Below are positions 8,325 through 15,458 of a stretch of DNA of 26,711 bases, one piece after another. The stretch lies in assembly GCA_035559475.1 (NCBI GenBank), contig DATMBT010000132.1:1-26711 (forward strand), written 5' to 3'. Position 1 is the first letter of the stretch; the number at the start of each line of letters is the position of its first letter. A model generated the notes under the pieces. The model worked only from the letters and a program-made list of their open reading frames with translations, was not told the origin of the DNA and ran no database searches. This stretch comes from Gemmatimonadaceae bacterium. GTDB taxonomy: Bacteria > Gemmatimonadota > Gemmatimonadetes > Gemmatimonadales > Gemmatimonadaceae. The position numbers and the translations under genes are program-made.

Positions 8325-9239
8325 CTATTCGCCTCCGTCGTCCCCGGCTTCGACCGCTTCACCACCTTCCGCACCTTCTGCCTCACCCTCAGCGCCCGGC
8401 TTGCGGCGCGCGGCGATGGCTTCGGGCTTGGCGCGACGACGACGAGGACGGCGACGACGCTTCTTCTCTTCGTCTCCACCAGCGGCGGCCGGCTCGAGAC
8501 CACGATCGGAGCTGTAGGTGCTCTCCTCAGCCTCTTCCTCCTGCGTACGCGCCGGCGCCTCACGACGCGCTTCGCCAATGGCCTCCGCGAGGAATCGCGT
8601 GATCAGCTCGACCGAGCGGATCGCATCGTCGTTACCGGCAATCGGGACCGTGATCAGGTCCGGATCGGCGTTGGTATCGACAATGGCGATAATCGGGATG
8701 CCCAGCTTGTTGGCTTCGGACACCGCGATCCGTTCCTTGCGGGAATCAATGACGAACATGAGTCCAGGCGGACGTCCCATGTTCTTGATGCCCTGCAGGT
8801 ACTTGGAAAGCTTGTCGCGCTGACGCGTCAGGAGCAGCTGTTCCTTCTTCGTGTAGTTCTCGAATTCACCGCCGGCCTCGGTACCCGCTTCGAGTTCCTT
8901 CAGGCGACGGATCTGTTTCTTGATGGTCTGGAAGTTGGTCAGCAGGCCACCCAGCCAGCGCTCCGTGACGAAGAGCGAATTGCTCCGCTCCGCTTCGCCA
9001 CGCACGATGGCGGCGAGCTGCCGCTTGGTGCAGACGAACAGGATGTTGTCGCCCCGCATGATCGTCTCGCGGACGAGCTTCTGGGCGAGCTCGATCTGCC
9101 GCAGTGTCTTCTGCAGATCGATGATGTGGATGCCGTTTCGCTCGGCGAAAATGAACCGGCGCATCTTCGGGTTCCACCGGCGCGTCTGGTGGCCGAAGTG
9201 AACACCGGCTTCGAGGAGCTGTTCGAGTGTGGGCTGCAT
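8325..9239 (-). CDS. rpsB: 30S ribosomal protein S2 with charged C-terminal extension
   Basis: LLEAGVHFGHQTRRWNPKM, RWLGGLLTNF, DTNADPD, GNDDAIRS. Start trimmed to ATG at 9239. Confidence 0.98.
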   Translation of the reverse strand: MQPTLEQLLEAGVHFGHQTRRWNPKMRRFIFAERNGIHIIDLQKTLRQIELAQKLVRETIMRGDNILFVCTKRQLAAIVRGEAERSNSLFVTERWLGGLLTNFQTIKKQIRRLKELEAGTEAGGEFENYTKKEQLLLTRQRDKLSKYLQGIKNMGRPPGLMFVIDSRKERIAVSEANKLGIPIIAIVDTNADPDLITVPIAGNDDAIRSVELITRFLAEAIGEARREAPARTQEEEAEESTYSSDRGLEPAAAGGDEEKKRRRRPRRRRAKPEAIAARRKPGAEGEAEGAEGGEAVEAGDDGGE

Positions 9240-9257
9240 TCGAGGTGAGGCGTGTGT

Positions 9258-9340
9258 GGGTTGTTCGTCCGCTTCCTTCATCGTCTCCTTCGACCGGCTG
9301 GTGCCGGCACCCTGGGAGACTCGGGGAGCGTGAGGGATGT
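9258..9340 (-). ncRNA. rpsB 5' leader (t44/S2-autoregulatory-like RNA)
   Basis: Minus strand CACGCTCCCCGAGTCTCCCAGGGTGCC…GGAGACGATGAAGGAAGCGGACGAACAACCC. It resembles the CACGC…GGUGC…GAUGA…GCGGA…AACC layout I recall for rpsB leaders, and its position matches. Confidence 0.65.
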
Positions 9341-9343
9341 GTT

Positions 9344-9423
9344 TCGTGACTGGTGACTCGTGACTCGGCAGTTCGGGATTCGCGCTGCTGTGCCGAGTCA
9401 CGAATCACGAGTCACGGGTCACG
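9344..9423. repeat. Heptamer inverted-repeat hairpin (TCGTGAC)n … (GTCACGA)n
   Basis: Left arm TCGTGACTGGTGACTCGTGACTCGGCA (9344-9370); right arm TGCCGAGTCACGAATCACGAGTCACGGGTCACG (9391-9423). About 26-bp stem with 2 internal mismatches. Confidence 0.95.
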
Positions 9424-9426
9424 CAA

Positions 9427-9822
9427 TTACCGCTTCGAGAACTGGAACCGCTTCCGTGCACCCGGACGACCGGGCTTCTTGCGCTCAACCGAGCGTGCAT
9501 CGCGCGTAAGCAAGCCGAGGTCACGCAGCTTGCGGCGGTGCGTTTCGTCCACCTTCAGGATGGCCCGGGCCGCCGCGAGACGAAGCGCTCCAGCCTGCCC
9601 CGCCTGACCACCACCCTCGAGCCACGCCTTCACATCCCAGCGGCCGAGCATGTCGGTCGCCGTAAACGGCTGCTGGATCGCGGAGACCAGGGCGGGACGC
9701 GGGAAGTAGTCGCCTAACGTGCGACCGTTGATATCCCACTTCCCCGATCCCGGGCGGAGGTAGATGCGGCAGACGGCTTCCTTGCGCCGTCCGATAGCGT
9801 GAATCTGTCCGTTCTCGGCCAT
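9427..9822 (-). CDS. rpsI: 30S ribosomal protein S9
   Basis: GRRKEAV, GGGQAGQAGA, LLTRDARSVERKKPG…ARKRFQFSKR. Confidence 0.98.
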   Translation of the reverse strand: MAENGQIHAIGRRKEAVCRIYLRPGSGKWDINGRTLGDYFPRPALVSAIQQPFTATDMLGRWDVKAWLEGGGQAGQAGALRLAAARAILKVDETHRRKLRDLGLLTRDARSVERKKPGRPGARKRFQFSKR

Positions 9823-9825
9823 GCT

Positions 9826-10272
9826 TTATTCGCTCGTGGAGCTGAAGGTAAGCGCCGTCGGTTGCTGCGCGGCGTGCGGGTGTTCAGCGCCCGCATAAAC
9901 GCGGAGCTTCCGGCGCATTCCTTCCCGCGCCAGCGTGGTCTTGGGCAACATCCCGTACACGGCCTTTTCAATGACGCGCTCGGGATGCCTGGCCAGCATG
10001 GTCGCGTACGGTGTGAACCGTTCGTGCCCCATGTAGCCGGTGTGATTGAAGTACTGCTTCTGCTCAGCCTTGCGACCTGTCACAACCACCTTGGACGCAT
10101 TCACGACGATGACGAAATCGCCGGTGTCCATGTGTGGCGTGAAGGAAGGCTTGTGCTTGCCGCGAATGATCTTCGCGATCTCGGAAGCCAGACGTCCCAA
10201 CACCTGACCCTCAGCGTCCACAATGAACCACTTGTGGGTGATGGTGCTGGGCGTGGCAGTAAAGGTCTTCAT
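9826..10272 (-). CDS. rplM: 50S ribosomal protein L13
   Basis: [51 protein letters not shown]. Confidence 0.98.
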   Translation of the reverse strand: MKTFTATPSTITHKWFIVDAEGQVLGRLASEIAKIIRGKHKPSFTPHMDTGDFVIVVNASKVVVTGRKAEQKQYFNHTGYMGHERFTPYATMLARHPERVIEKAVYGMLPKTTLAREGMRRKLRVYAGAEHPHAAQQPTALTFSSTSE

Positions 10273-10344
10273 GGTGAACGAATCGGTCTTGATGACGACG
10301 TGCGGACGAACCTTGGCGGCCCACCCGGATTTTTGCAGAACTTC

Positions 10345-10373
10345 AACATAGACAGGCAGTTAGGGCATGTCAA
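10345..10373 (-). promoter_or_regulatory. Sigma70-type promoter for the rplM operon
   Basis: Minus strand TTGACA (10373-10368), 17-nt spacer, TATGTT (10350-10345). Confidence 0.8.
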
Positions 10374-10412
10374 CTGAAGTCCAAAGCCGATATCCGGAGC
10401 CAGCGACGTGAG

Positions 10413-10919
10413 TTACGACTCAGCCAGTTCGATCAGCACAGTTCCTTTCTCAACGGCCTCGCCTGGCCGCACGCGAATGGCCCGGACCACTCCATCCGAC
10501 GTCGAACGCAACTCGTTTTCCATTTTCATCGCTTCCATTACGACCAGGGGCTGTCCTGCGCGGATCGGATCGCCTGCCTCGACGTTGATTCGGACCACCA
10601 AGCCGGGCATGGGTGCTACCAGTGGCGCGGGGCCCGTGTTTTCTGCCGAAGCGCCGGCCATGTCCCTGATGGCCCTGCGACGTTCGTCCAGCGCCTCGAC
10701 CTCGAATCGGTGGGACTCGCTCCAGATGGAGTACCGGCCTCTCCCGTCACCGCGACGGACGGCCAGACGATGCAACGTCCCACCCGCAATGAGGAGAACG
10801 ATGGGAGTGCCATCCACTTCTTCGATTCGTGCCTCGATAGGATCGCCGTCTACGGAAATCCCCTCAGGACCAAGGCTCACCGACACCGAGCGGCCGTTGA
10901 CGTCCACGACGTATTTCAG
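10413..10919 (-). CDS. Biotin carboxyl carrier subunit of an acyl-CoA carboxylase
   Basis: APMPGLV…EAMKMENE biotinylation motif with an N-terminal beta domain. Probable CTG start at 10919 giving MKYVVDVNGR; the ORF track uses GTG at 10907. Confidence 0.92.
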   Translation of the reverse strand: MKYVVDVNGRSVSVSLGPEGISVDGDPIEARIEEVDGTPIVLLIAGGTLHRLAVRRGDGRGRYSIWSESHRFEVEALDERRRAIRDMAGASAENTGPAPLVAPMPGLVVRINVEAGDPIRAGQPLVVMEAMKMENELRSTSDGVVRAIRVRPGEAVEKGTVLIELAES

Positions 10920-12136
10920 GCGCCCTCCGGAGTGAGCTCACACACGACTTCAACGTGCGCGGTCTGCGGAAACATGTCGTAGGCACGGAGGGAAGTGACA
11001 CGCCAGGCTGGCAGTCGTGACACATCCCGCGCGAGCGTGGCCGAATCACAGCTCATGTAAAGCACCCGCCGCGGCAACGGAAGCTCCTGAAGTGCCTCCG
11101 TAACACGGGCGTCAACGCCACCCCGGGGTGGGTTCAGGATGACCACGTCTACCGGAAGGAATTGCGGCAGGACGTCCTCCACCCTGCCAGTCACCGAGCG
11201 GGATTCCTGAGGGAGATGGTTGGCTGCAAACCGGGCTGCGGCGCTGTCGGACTCAATCGCGGTCACGCTGACTCCTCGATCAGCCAACGCCAGGGCGGTC
11301 GCGCCGAGTCCGGCATACGCGTCGATAGCCGTGCGCGGGGACACCGCCAGGGACCGTTCGACCACCTCACGGCGAGCCTCCGTCGCAACGGGTTGGTTCA
11401 CCTGGTCGAATGCCTCTTCCGGAGCCCCGCCCACGCGCCGGTCAACGATGACCCGCGGAGCGCCTTGCGCGGGACGCCAGCGAATCACGTGGACTCCAGG
11501 AACGGCGGCCGCAAACTCGCGGGACGAGGCCCAGGCGTCTCCTCCCTCGAGGACCAGCGCCAATTCCTCTCCCAGTATCCGTATCGTCCCGCGCAATTCC
11601 GGTGCACGTGGAAGCAACCGGGACGCGCTCCGGACTTCGGCCCATGCCGCCACAACACGCCGGTCGGTTATCGGGCATTCGTGAAGGTCGAAGACTCGAT
11701 CGACATCGTCGTACGAGTGGAGGCCCATGATCCAGGCACCCTTTTGCCAGCGAAGGGCCAGGGTCAATCGCGAGCGGTACTCCCACCCGGTCGGACTGGG
11801 CACGATTGGCGGCAGGTCAACCTGGCGTTTCGCGATCCTCGCGAACGCATCGCGCACGATCTGCTGCTTGGCGCGCAGTTGTGCCTCGATCGTGAGGTGC
11901 TGGAGCTGGCACCCCCCGCAGTGATCCGCGTCGTAATGCCGGCATAACGGGGCAACGCGATCCGGTGACGGCTCGAGAACGCGCAGCAGCCGCCCACGTG
12001 CCATTCGACCGCGCTGGCGCACCGAGGCTTCCACCAGTTCGCCTGGCGCGGTCCGTGGAATGAACACGGCAAGGCCATCCAGCCGACCAACGCCGTCGCC
12101 GCCCGCGGCGATCGAGTCCACCCGCACCGTCGGCAT
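10916..12136 (-). CDS. RlmD/TrmA-family RNA m5U methyltransferase with TRAM domain
   Basis: N-terminal TRAM-like domain, C-x7-CGGC…CPI Fe-S ligands, FDQVN, DAYAGLG, NPPRGG, YMSCDSATLARD, DMFPQTAHVE. Confidence 0.9.
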   Translation of the reverse strand: MPTVRVDSIAAGGDGVGRLDGLAVFIPRTAPGELVEASVRQRGRMARGRLLRVLEPSPDRVAPLCRHYDADHCGGCQLQHLTIEAQLRAKQQIVRDAFARIAKRQVDLPPIVPSPTGWEYRSRLTLALRWQKGAWIMGLHSYDDVDRVFDLHECPITDRRVVAAWAEVRSASRLLPRAPELRGTIRILGEELALVLEGGDAWASSREFAAAVPGVHVIRWRPAQGAPRVIVDRRVGGAPEEAFDQVNQPVATEARREVVERSLAVSPRTAIDAYAGLGATALALADRGVSVTAIESDSAAARFAANHLPQESRSVTGRVEDVLPQFLPVDVVILNPPRGGVDARVTEALQELPLPRRVLYMSCDSATLARDVSRLPAWRVTSLRAYDMFPQTAHVEVVCELTPEGA

Positions 12137-12145
12137 GAAACGAGC

Positions 12146-13666
12146 CTAACGAAGCGCGTCGCGGCGCGCCGCATCCCGCCAGCGGCCGTTCTCGTGACTC
12201 GGGTCGCGTGACTCGTGACCCGTGACTCCCGAGTCGGCGGCACGACGGCCCCGGTCGCGGTCGGCGAGCAGCGCGGCTGCCACCGCCGCGAGCTTCACCT
12301 CCGACTCCGGGGGCGGCGCCCCGATCAGGGTCGGAAGGCGTTGTTCGAGCCACTGGATGCTCAGGTCGCCGCGACGGTAGTCCTCGTCCTCCATCACGCG
12401 AAGGTGGAACTCGCGCGACGTCTCGACGCCCACGACGCGCAGCTCATGGAGCGCACGTCGCATGCGCTCGATGGCCTGCGGCCTGGTCCGCGCCCACACG
12501 ATGAGTTTTCCGAGGAGGGAATCGTAGTGCAGCCCGATCATGCTGCCCGGTTCGATGCCGCCGTCCCAGCGGACGCCAGGACCAGCCGGCAGGTGCACGA
12601 AGGACACGCGCCCGGTCGAGGGGAGAAACCCGTTGGCGGGATCTTCACTCGTTATGCGGCACTCGATAGACCAGCCGTTCGGCTCCACCCTCTCGGGAAG
12701 GTCGAGCGGCTCACCCGCCGCGATACGGATCTGCCACTGCACGAGGTCAACACCGGTAACGCATTCCGTGACCGGATGTTCGACCTGCAGCCGCGTGTTC
12801 ATCTCGAGAAAGTAGAACGAACCGTCGCGCGCCAGGAGGAACTCGCACGTGCCGGCGTTCACGTAGCCCGCGGCGCGAGCCGCCGCCACCGCGGTCTCGC
12901 CCATGCGCCGCCGCAATTCGCTGTTCACCGCGACACTCGGCGCCTCCTCGATCATCTTCTGGTGGCGGCGCTGGATCGAACATTCGCGCTCGCCGAGTGA
13001 GATGGTGCGTCCATGCTGGTCCGCGAGCACCTGGATCTCAACGTGCCGTGGTCCCTCGATGTACTTCTCGACGTACACGGCGTCGTCACCAAAGGCGTTT
13101 TTCGCCTCACGCTGTGCCGCAGCGAGCGCGCCTTCCAGTTCTGCTTCCGCTCGCACGATGCGCATGCCCTTCCCCCCACCACCAGCGGCCGCCTTCAGCA
13201 GCACCGGGTACCCGAAGGTCTTCGCGACCTTGCGAGCGTCATCGACGTCGAGAAGCGACTCGGTTGTCCCGGGAACCACGGGGACGCCCGCGGCCATCGC
13301 GAGCCGGCGTGCCTCGGTCTTGCTGCCCATGGCCGCAATCGCTGACGGCGGCGGCCCGATCCACACGAGTCCAGCGTCGATCACGGCGCGCGCGAACCAC
13401 TCCCGTTCGGAGAGGAAGCCGTAGCCCGGGTGAATCGCTTCGGCACCGACGCGACGAGCCGCCTCGATGATCGCATCGCCGCGCAGGTAGCTCTCGGACG
13501 ACGGAGCCGGGCCGACGTGCACGGCTTCGTCCGCCTCACGCACGTGCGGTGCGTGCGCGTCAGCATCCGAGTAGATCGCGACGCTGGAGACGCCGAGTTC
13601 GTGGCAGGCGCGAATGACTCGTAAGGCGATTTCGCCCCTGTTGGCGATGAGAACCTTGGTAAACAT
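12146..13666 (-). CDS. accC: Biotin carboxylase subunit (AccC/PccA-type, no fused biotin carrier)
   Basis: KVLIANRGEIALRVIR, HPGYGFLSE, GGGGKGMR, ERECSIQRRHQK, EMNTRLQVEHPVTE, YDSLLGKLI. Confidence 0.93.
   Translation of the reverse strand: MFTKVLIANRGEIALRVIRACHELGVSSVAIYSDADAHAPHVREADEAVHVGPAPSSESYLRGDAIIEAARRVGAEAIHPGYGFLSEREWFARAVIDAGLVWIGPPPSAIAAMGSKTEARRLAMAAGVPVVPGTTESLLDVDDARKVAKTFGYPVLLKAAAGGGGKGMRIVRAEAELEGALAAAQREAKNAFGDDAVYVEKYIEGPRHVEIQVLADQHGRTISLGERECSIQRRHQKMIEEAPSVAVNSELRRRMGETAVAAARAAGYVNAGTCEFLLARDGSFYFLEMNTRLQVEHPVTECVTGVDLVQWQIRIAAGEPLDLPERVEPNGWSIECRITSEDPANGFLPSTGRVSFVHLPAGPGVRWDGGIEPGSMIGLHYDSLLGKLIVWARTRPQAIERMRRALHELRVVGVETSREFHLRVMEDEDYRRGDLSIQWLEQRLPTLIGAPPPESEVKLAAVAAALLADRDRGRRAADSGVTGHESRDPSHENGRWRDAARRDALR
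12192..12233. repeat. Degenerate TCGTGAC heptamer array inside the 3' end of accC
   Basis: TCGTGAC, TCGGGTC, GCGTGAC, TCGTGAC, CCGTGAC, TCCCGAG at 7-nt spacing. Confidence 0.85.
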
Positions 13667-13671
13667 CAGCT

Positions 13672-13744
13672 ACCAGGTCCAAGGCCAAAGACCAAAGACC
13701 AAAGAACTGCAACACTTGGACTTTGGACCTTGGTCTTTGGTCTT
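13672..13744. repeat. Heptamer inverted-repeat array (CCAAAGA)n … (CTTTGGW)n
   Basis: CCAAAGA at 13685, 13692 and 13699; inverted CTTGGA, CTTTGGA, CCTTGGT, CTTTGGT at 13715-13741. Fills the spacer between the carboxyltransferase gene and accC. Confidence 0.92.
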
Positions 13745-13747
13745 CGC

Positions 13748-15298
13748 CTAGAGCGGTATGTTCCCATGCTTCTTTTTCGGATTCGTGTCGCGCTTGCCGA
13801 CGAGCGCATCGAGCGAATCGATGAGGCGCGGGCGCGTATCGCGTGGGTCGATGATGTCATCCACGTAGCCGCGTGAGGCGGCGACATAGGGATTCGCGAA
13901 CTTTTCCGCGTATTCGGCGACGCGCTGGTCCAGCGCCGCAACCGGGTCCGGCGCCTCGGCGATTTCCTTCTTGAACAGGATCTCGACCGCCCCCTTCGGG
14001 CCCATGACCGCGATCTCCGCCGTGGGCCACGCGAGGTTCACGTCACCCCGGATGTGCTTCGAGCTCATCACGTCGTAGGCGCCGCCGTACGCCTTTCTCG
14101 TTATGATCGTGAGCTTGGGCACGGTCGCCTCGCAGAACGCATAGAGCAGCTTGGCCCCGTGGCGAATGATGCCGCCGTGTTCCTGGGCAACGCCTGGCAG
14201 GAAGCCCGGCACGTCCTCGAACGTCACCAGTGGAATGTTGAAGGCGTCGCAGAAGCGCACAAACCTCGCGGCCTTCACCGACGCGTTGATGTCGAGGACG
14301 CCGGCGAGCACAGCCGGCTGGTTGGCGACGATGCCAACGCTGTGGCCGCCGAGGTGGGCGAAGCCGCAGATGATGTTGGCCGCGTACGCGGCGTGAATCT
14401 CGAAGAACTCCTCGTCGTCCACGATGCGCCGGATCACGTCGTGCATGTCGTACGGCTTGTTCGCGTGATCAGGCACGATGTCGAGCAGCGCCTCATCGCG
14501 GCGATCGCGGGGATCCGAACCGGTGCCGCGCGGCGGGTCGGCGAGATTGTTCTGCGGGATGTAGCGGAACAGGTCCCGCACCTTCTGCAGGCAGGCCGGC
14601 TCCGAGTCGCAGGCCATGTGCGCGACCCCGGAGGTGCCGGCGTGCGTGTCGGCGCCGCCGAGCGCCTCCATGGTCACATCCTCGTGCGTGACGGTCTTCA
14701 CGACGTTGGGACCGGTCACGAACATGTACGACGTGCCGCGCACCATGAACACGAAGTCCGTGATCGCGGGCGAGTACACCGCACCGCCGGCACACGGGCC
14801 GAGGATGGCCGATATCTGGGGCACGACACCAGACGCCAGCGTGTTCCGCAGGAAGATGTCCGCGTACCCGCCTAACGACGCAACGCCCTCCTGGATGCGC
14901 GCGCCGCCGGAGTCATTCAACCCGATGATCGGGGCGCCACTGCGCACCGCCAGGTCCATGATCTTGCAGACCTTGGCCGCCACGGTCTCGCTCAGGGAGC
15001 CGCCGAGCACCGTGAAGTCCTGGGAGAAGACGTAGACCAGGCGGCCGTCAATGCGGCCGTGACCCGTCACGACCCCGTCGCCGTAGACCTTCTGCTCCTC
15101 GAGGCCGAAGTCAGTGCTACGATGCGTGACGAATCGGTCGGTCTCGACGAAGCTGCCTTCGTCCAGCAACAGGTCGATCCGCTCCCGCGCGGAGAGCTTC
15201 CCCTTCGCGTGCTGGGCAGCCACGCGGGCCTCACCGCCCCCTTGTTCGGCCTCCGCGCCGCGACGGCCGAGGAGGTCCAGCTTTTCGCGCATGGACAT
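13748..15298 (-). CDS. pccB: Acyl-CoA (propionyl/methylmalonyl-CoA type) carboxyltransferase beta subunit
   Basis: [67 protein letters not shown]. Start trimmed to ATG at 15298 (alternative 15292). Confidence 0.93.
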   Translation of the reverse strand: MSMREKLDLLGRRGAEAEQGGGEARVAAQHAKGKLSARERIDLLLDEGSFVETDRFVTHRSTDFGLEEQKVYGDGVVTGHGRIDGRLVYVFSQDFTVLGGSLSETVAAKVCKIMDLAVRSGAPIIGLNDSGGARIQEGVASLGGYADIFLRNTLASGVVPQISAILGPCAGGAVYSPAITDFVFMVRGTSYMFVTGPNVVKTVTHEDVTMEALGGADTHAGTSGVAHMACDSEPACLQKVRDLFRYIPQNNLADPPRGTGSDPRDRRDEALLDIVPDHANKPYDMHDVIRRIVDDEEFFEIHAAYAANIICGFAHLGGHSVGIVANQPAVLAGVLDINASVKAARFVRFCDAFNIPLVTFEDVPGFLPGVAQEHGGIIRHGAKLLYAFCEATVPKLTIITRKAYGGAYDVMSSKHIRGDVNLAWPTAEIAVMGPKGAVEILFKKEIAEAPDPVAALDQRVAEYAEKFANPYVAASRGYVDDIIDPRDTRPRLIDSLDALVGKRDTNPKKKHGNIPL

Positions 15299-15322
15299 GG
15301 CGGCGAAAGGTAGCCTTGGCGT

Positions 15323-15441
15323 TGGCGGATGGGAGATGGCGGATGGCAACTGCAAGGCGATCACGTCGGAATCAAGGGCTATTCCATCCGCGCTCCTCTC
15401 CTTCCGCCATCCGCCATCTGCCATCTGCCCTCCATCCTCCA
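15323..15441. repeat. Heptamer inverted-repeat array (TGGCGGA)n … (TCYGCCA)n
   Basis: TGGCGGA, TGGGAGA, TGGCGGA, TGGC at 15323-15347; TCCGCCA x2, TCTGCCA, TCTGCCC at 15403-15430. Lies in the divergent pccB/kinase spacer. Confidence 0.92.
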
Positions 15442-15458
15442 TAACTTCAGCGCACCGC

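Noticed and set aside
8128..9401. N-terminal extensions of Tsf (to 8211) and S2 (to 9401) in the ORF track
   Set aside because: They translate repeat and leader DNA (ESRFTIHE, SHESPVT); the conserved sequences start at 8127/8121 and 9239.
10273..10340. Possible L13-type leader RNA upstream of rplM
   Set aside because: Only a weak imperfect stem is visible; it cannot be supported without a covariance-model search.
15299..15350. Possible pccB promoter (TACCTT -10-like hexamer at 15307-15312, minus strand)
   Set aside because: No -35 hexamer at the correct spacing; the nearby TTGCCA is too far away and is part of the repeat.
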